In this document: piece by piece, positions 28,629-32,000 of the stretch
How positions within the stretch are numbered: position 1 is the first letter of the stretch
How the letters are laid out: every line of letters starts with the position of its first letter
Source: Dickeya solani IPO 2222
GTDB taxonomy: Bacteria; Pseudomonadota; Gammaproteobacteria; Enterobacterales; Enterobacteriaceae
Assembly: GCF_001644705.1 (NCBI RefSeq)
Contig: NZ_CP015137.1
Coordinates: 210,001 to 242,000, forward strand
DNA: 32,000 nt
Direction of reading: 5' to 3'
Translations under genes and position numbers: made by a program
Notes under the pieces: generated by a model
The model's database searches: none
What the model saw: only the letters and a program-made list of their open reading frames with translations
What the model was told of the DNA's origin: nothing

Positions 28629-28865
28629 TTACTGCTGGTTAGCCTGAATAAAATCGATGGCTGCCTGAACAGTCGTGATTTTCTCAGCTTCTTCGTCTGG
28701 GATCTCGGTATCGAATTCTTCTTCCAATGCCATTACCAGCTCAACAGTGTCAAGAGAATCAGCGCCCAGGTCATCAACGAAAGAGGCATTGTTCACGACT
28801 TCTTCCGGCTTAACGCCCAGCTGTTCAACGATGATTTTCTTAACGCGTTCTTCGATAGTGCTCAT
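28629..28865 (-). CDS. acpP: Acyl carrier protein (78 aa)
   Basis: [12 protein letters not shown]...[19 protein letters not shown], with the phosphopantetheine-attachment Ser in DSL. Confidence 0.99.
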   Translation of the reverse strand: MSTIEERVKKIIVEQLGVKPEEVVNNASFVDDLGADSLDTVELVMALEEEFDTEIPDEEAEKITTVQAAIDFIQANQQ

Positions 28866-28912
28866 ACTCTTAAATTTCCTATCAAAACTCGCTTTCGCGA
28901 TGGTTTTCGTAG

Positions 28913-28941
28913 TGTATAAAATGTTGAAAAAGATGCAACAA
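28913..28941 (-). promoter_or_regulatory. Candidate acpP promoter (TTGTTG - 17 nt - TATACA)
   Basis: On the minus strand the -35-like hexamer is at 28941-28936 and the -10-like hexamer at 28918-28913, about 48 nt upstream of the acpP ATG. This is a pattern match only. Confidence 0.3.
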
Positions 28942-29019
28942 AATCAAGACTGGTCGAACCAAGATTTTGTGCTTTTTGCAGTTTTCGCTGCAAATTAACG
29001 CAAATTACGGTGTTGCTTA

Positions 29020-29754
29020 TCAGATCATATACATGCCACCATTGACATGCAATGTTTCGCCAGTAATGTAACCCGCCTCATCAGAGGCTAAAAACGCTAC
29101 AGCGCTGGCGATTTCTTTCGCATCACCCAGACGGTTGGCAGGAACATTCGCCAAAATGCCCACACGCTGTTCTTCTGTCAATGCCCGCGTCATATCAGTT
29201 TCGATAAAACCCGGCGCCACCACGTTAACGGTGATGCCGCGAGACGCGACTTCCTGCGCCAGCGATTTGCTAAAACCAACCAGACCAGCCTTGGCGGCGG
29301 CATAGTTGGCCTGACCGGCGTTACCGCGGGAACCGATGACAGACCCTACGGTGATGATGCGGCCAAAACGTTTTTTCATCATGGCGCGCAGCACCGCCTT
29401 AGACAGCCGAAAAACGGAGCTCAGGTTGGTATCCAGCACTTCCTGCCAGGCTTCGTCTTTCATACGCAGCATCAGATCATCACGCGTAATACCGGCGTTA
29501 TTCACCAAAATATCAATATCGCCAAACGCTTCTTTGATGCTGGCTAAAACGCTTTCAATCGAGGCGCTATCCGTAACATTCAACGCGTAGCCTTTGCCTT
29601 TCGGCCCCAGCCACTCGCTGATATCCGCTGCCCCTTTGTCACTGGTGGCGGTACCGATTACGGTGGCGCCGCGGGCAGCCAGCATCTCGGCAATCGCCCG
29701 GCCGATGCCACGACTTGCGCCCGTCACCAGGGCAATTTTTCCTTCAAAATTCAT
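29020..29754 (-). CDS. fabG: 3-oxoacyl-ACP reductase FabG (244 aa)
   Basis: MNFEGKIALVTGASRGIGRAIAE... is collinear with E. coli FabG, with the SDR YxxxK motif (YAAAKAG). I chose the ATG at 29754. The track start at 29763 is a GTG that adds MKI. Confidence 0.97.
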   Translation of the reverse strand: MNFEGKIALVTGASRGIGRAIAEMLAARGATVIGTATSDKGAADISEWLGPKGKGYALNVTDSASIESVLASIKEAFGDIDILVNNAGITRDDLMLRMKDEAWQEVLDTNLSSVFRLSKAVLRAMMKKRFGRIITVGSVIGSRGNAGQANYAAAKAGLVGFSKSLAQEVASRGITVNVVAPGFIETDMTRALTEEQRVGILANVPANRLGDAKEIASAVAFLASDEAGYITGETLHVNGGMYMI

Positions 29755-29768
29755 TATCTTCACCGTTT

Positions 29769-30698
29769 TTACTGTTCAAGCGCTGCCGATAAGGAAGCAG
29801 GATCATTAATCGCCGTTGCCGTGAGACTATCAACGATTCGTTTGGTCAGCCCGGTCAACACCTTGCCGGGACCGACTTCCACCAGGGTAACCACACCCTG
29901 AGCGGCCATGTATTCGACACATTCCGTCCAACGGACCGGATTATACAACTGGCGTACCAGCGCGCTGCGAATAGCTTCCGGCGCTGATTCAGCGCGGACA
30001 TCAACATTATTGACCACCGGCACGTCCGGCGCATTAAAGGCGATCGCTTCCAGCGCGTCCGCCAACTTACGGGCCGCCGGCTCCATCAGCGCGCAGTGAG
30101 AAGGTACACTGACCGGCAACGGCAATGCGCGTTTCGCACCCGCAGCTTTGCAGGCTGCGCCCGCGCGCTCAACCGCGTCTTTGTTACCGGCAATAACCAC
30201 CTGCCCTGGCGAGTTGAAGTTGACCGGCGAAACCACCTGACCTTGTGCCGCTTCGGCACAGGCAGCGGCAATCGCGTCATTACCCAAACCGATGATGGCA
30301 TACATTGCGCCAGTCCCTTCCGGCACCGCTTCCTGCATCAGTTTGCCGCGCAGTTCAACCAGGCTAACCGCCTGCTTGAAATCCAGAACGCCAGCGCACA
30401 CCAGTGCAGAGTATTCGCCCAGGCTATGACCGGACATCAGCGTCGGCAACGAGCCGCCCTGCTGCCGCCAGACGCGCCAGAGGGCCACAGACGCCGTTAA
30501 CAACGCCGGCTGGGTCTGCCAGGTCTTGTTCAGTTCTTCCGCCGGCCCCTGCTGGGAAAGCTGCCACAGATCATAGCCCAGAACCGAGGAGGCTTCGTCA
30601 AACGTTTCTTTGATCAGCGGGAATTTTTCAGCCAGTTCAGCCAGCATACCTACCGACTGGGAGCCCTGACCAGGAAATACCATTGCAAATTTCGTCAT
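29769..30698 (-). CDS. fabD: Malonyl-CoA:ACP transacylase FabD (309 aa)
   Basis: FPGQGSQ and the active-site GHSLGEYSAL. Confidence 0.98.
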   Translation of the reverse strand: MTKFAMVFPGQGSQSVGMLAELAEKFPLIKETFDEASSVLGYDLWQLSQQGPAEELNKTWQTQPALLTASVALWRVWRQQGGSLPTLMSGHSLGEYSALVCAGVLDFKQAVSLVELRGKLMQEAVPEGTGAMYAIIGLGNDAIAAACAEAAQGQVVSPVNFNSPGQVVIAGNKDAVERAGAACKAAGAKRALPLPVSVPSHCALMEPAARKLADALEAIAFNAPDVPVVNNVDVRAESAPEAIRSALVRQLYNPVRWTECVEYMAAQGVVTLVEVGPGKVLTGLTKRIVDSLTATAINDPASLSAALEQ

Positions 30699-30717
30699 AG
30701 TAATACGTCCTGATAAA

Positions 30718-31668
30718 TCAAAAACGAATCAGAGCAGAGCCCCAGGTAAAACCGCCGCCAAACGCTTCCAACAAAATCAACTGCCCGCGCTGAATACGGC
30801 CATCGCGGACAGCCTCATCCAGTGCGGAAGGAACGGAAGCAGCAGACGTATTACCGTGACGATCCAGCGTCACCACCACTTTATCCATGCCCATGCCTAA
30901 TTTTTTAGCGGTGGCGCTGATAATACGCAGGTTTGCCTGATGGGGGACCAGCCAGTCGAGTTCGCTTTTATTCAGGCCGGACGCATCCAACGTTTCTTCG
31001 ACAATATGGGCCAGTTCCGTTACAGCGACTTTAAATACTTCGTTGCCCGCCATCGTCAAATAAGCGGGCTGCGGTTCTTGTCGATCCGCATAAGGCAATG
31101 TCAGAAGATTGCCATAACGACCATCTGCGTGCAGATGCGTAGAAATAATTCCCGGCTCTTCCGAGCGGCCCAGCAGGACAGCGCCGGCGGCGTCGCCGAA
31201 CAGAATCAGAGTGCCGCGATCGGCCGGGTCGAGCGTTCTGGACAAGGCATCAGAACCGATGACCAGTGCGTAGTCCACCGCGCCGCTTTTCACATACTGA
31301 TCAGCCACGCTCAATGCATAGGCGAATCCTGCGCAGGCGGCGGCAAGATCAAAAGCGATCGTGTCTTTAATACCCAGCATCTGCTGGACCTGACAGGCCG
31401 AACTGGGGAATGCATGGCTGGACGACGTGGTCGCGACGATAAGCAAGCCGACCTGATTATTGTCGACTCCCGCCATGTCGAGCGCGTTCTGCGCGGCACG
31501 GTACCCCATGGAGGCAACGCTTTCATCTGGAGCAGCAATGCGGCGTTCGCGAATACCGGTACGTGTGGCGATCCATTCGTCTGACGTATCCACCATTTTT
31601 TCTAAATCAGCGTTCGTCCTGATTTGTTCGGGCAAATAGCTTCCCGTTCCGAGAATCTTTGTATACAT
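30718..31668 (-). CDS. fabH: 3-oxoacyl-ACP synthase III (KAS III) FabH (316 aa)
   Basis: [19 protein letters not shown] (active-site Cys), and VPHQANLRI. Confidence 0.98.
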   Translation of the reverse strand: MYTKILGTGSYLPEQIRTNADLEKMVDTSDEWIATRTGIRERRIAAPDESVASMGYRAAQNALDMAGVDNNQVGLLIVATTSSSHAFPSSACQVQQMLGIKDTIAFDLAAACAGFAYALSVADQYVKSGAVDYALVIGSDALSRTLDPADRGTLILFGDAAGAVLLGRSEEPGIISTHLHADGRYGNLLTLPYADRQEPQPAYLTMAGNEVFKVAVTELAHIVEETLDASGLNKSELDWLVPHQANLRIISATAKKLGMGMDKVVVTLDRHGNTSAASVPSALDEAVRDGRIQRGQLILLEAFGGGFTWGSALIRF

Positions 31669-31674
31669 GTACGC

Positions 31675-32000
31675 TCAGTCACTCTTGGGTAATACAGCCT
31701 TTAGTCGCGACGCAATCCTCTCTGGGAGTTGCCGCTGCACCGTCTGCATCGCCTGTTCGATTGCAACAGCAAACGCATTCTGGTTTGCTGCACCGTGGCT
31801 CTTTATGACAGTTCCACGTAATCCTAACAGACATGCGCCGTTATAGTGGTCAGGGTTCAGGTGTCCAAAACGCCTGGCCAGACGCCGTTGCAGCCAGCGC
31901 CCTAAAAATTTCAACCACCATGGCTGTGCTCGCCGACTTTCTCCCCTGCCGGACGAGCCCTTCAGGAGAGACAGAAACATTCGCACTACACCTTCCATGG
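31675..32000 (-). CDS. plsX: Phosphate acyltransferase PlsX, C-terminal fragment (runs off the window edge)
   Basis: The C-terminus [32 protein letters not shown] matches E. coli PlsX. The frame is open to position 32000, so the M shown in the track is an edge artefact. Confidence 0.93.
   Translation of the reverse strand, partial: MEGVVRMFLSLLKGSSGRGESRRAQPWWLKFLGRWLQRRLARRFGHLNPDHYNGACLLGLRGTVIKSHGAANQNAFAVAIEQAMQTVQRQLPERIASRLKAVLPKSD

Overview
This 32 kb window comes from a GC-rich gamma-proteobacterial chromosome of Enterobacterales type. The protein sequences look closest to the soft-rot and Pectobacteriaceae-like lineages, but I cannot assign a genus. Most of it is conserved housekeeping sequence, collinear (in reverse orientation) with the E. 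coli K-12 block plsX-fabH-fabD-fabG-acpP-fabF-pabC-mltG-tmk-holB-ycfH-ptsG-[fhuE]-hinT-ycfL-lpoB-thiK-nagZ-ycfP-ndh-ycfJ-[comR-bhsA-ldtC]-mfd. The two bracketed E. coli segments are replaced here. (1) Between mfd and ycfJ (about 3.6-13.07 kb) lies a six-gene accessory block: a CSS-motif EAL c-di-GMP phosphodiesterase, a YegD Hsp70-like protein, an arylamine N-acetyltransferase, and a GH31 alpha-glycosidase plus ExuT-like MFS anion symporter operon with a divergent LacI-type regulator. (2) Between hinT and ptsG a single Ldh2/YbiC-family dehydrogenase replaces fhuE. An ERIC (IRU) repeat sits next to each replaced segment. One is a canonical 127-bp copy. The other is a long form with a structured insertion of about 75 nt and a C10 tract. 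The most unusual thing visible directly in the sequence is a recurrent set of 14-17 nt tandem repeat arrays placed immediately 3' of genes (yegD, thiK, ptsG, fabF). Conserved regulatory signals can also be read directly: a perfect FNR box upstream of ndh, and the Mlc and CRP sites plus the SgrS-pairing leader of ptsG. I see no tRNA, rRNA, CRISPR, IS element, integrase, toxin or recognisable defence system, and nothing I can defend as a wholly new multi-gene system. The best candidate for undescribed biology is the GH31 plus anion-symporter locus, whose substrate is unknown. The supplied ORF track uses alternative start codons and over-extends several N-termini, so I revised those starts. Many long antisense ORFs in the track are GC-driven artefacts.
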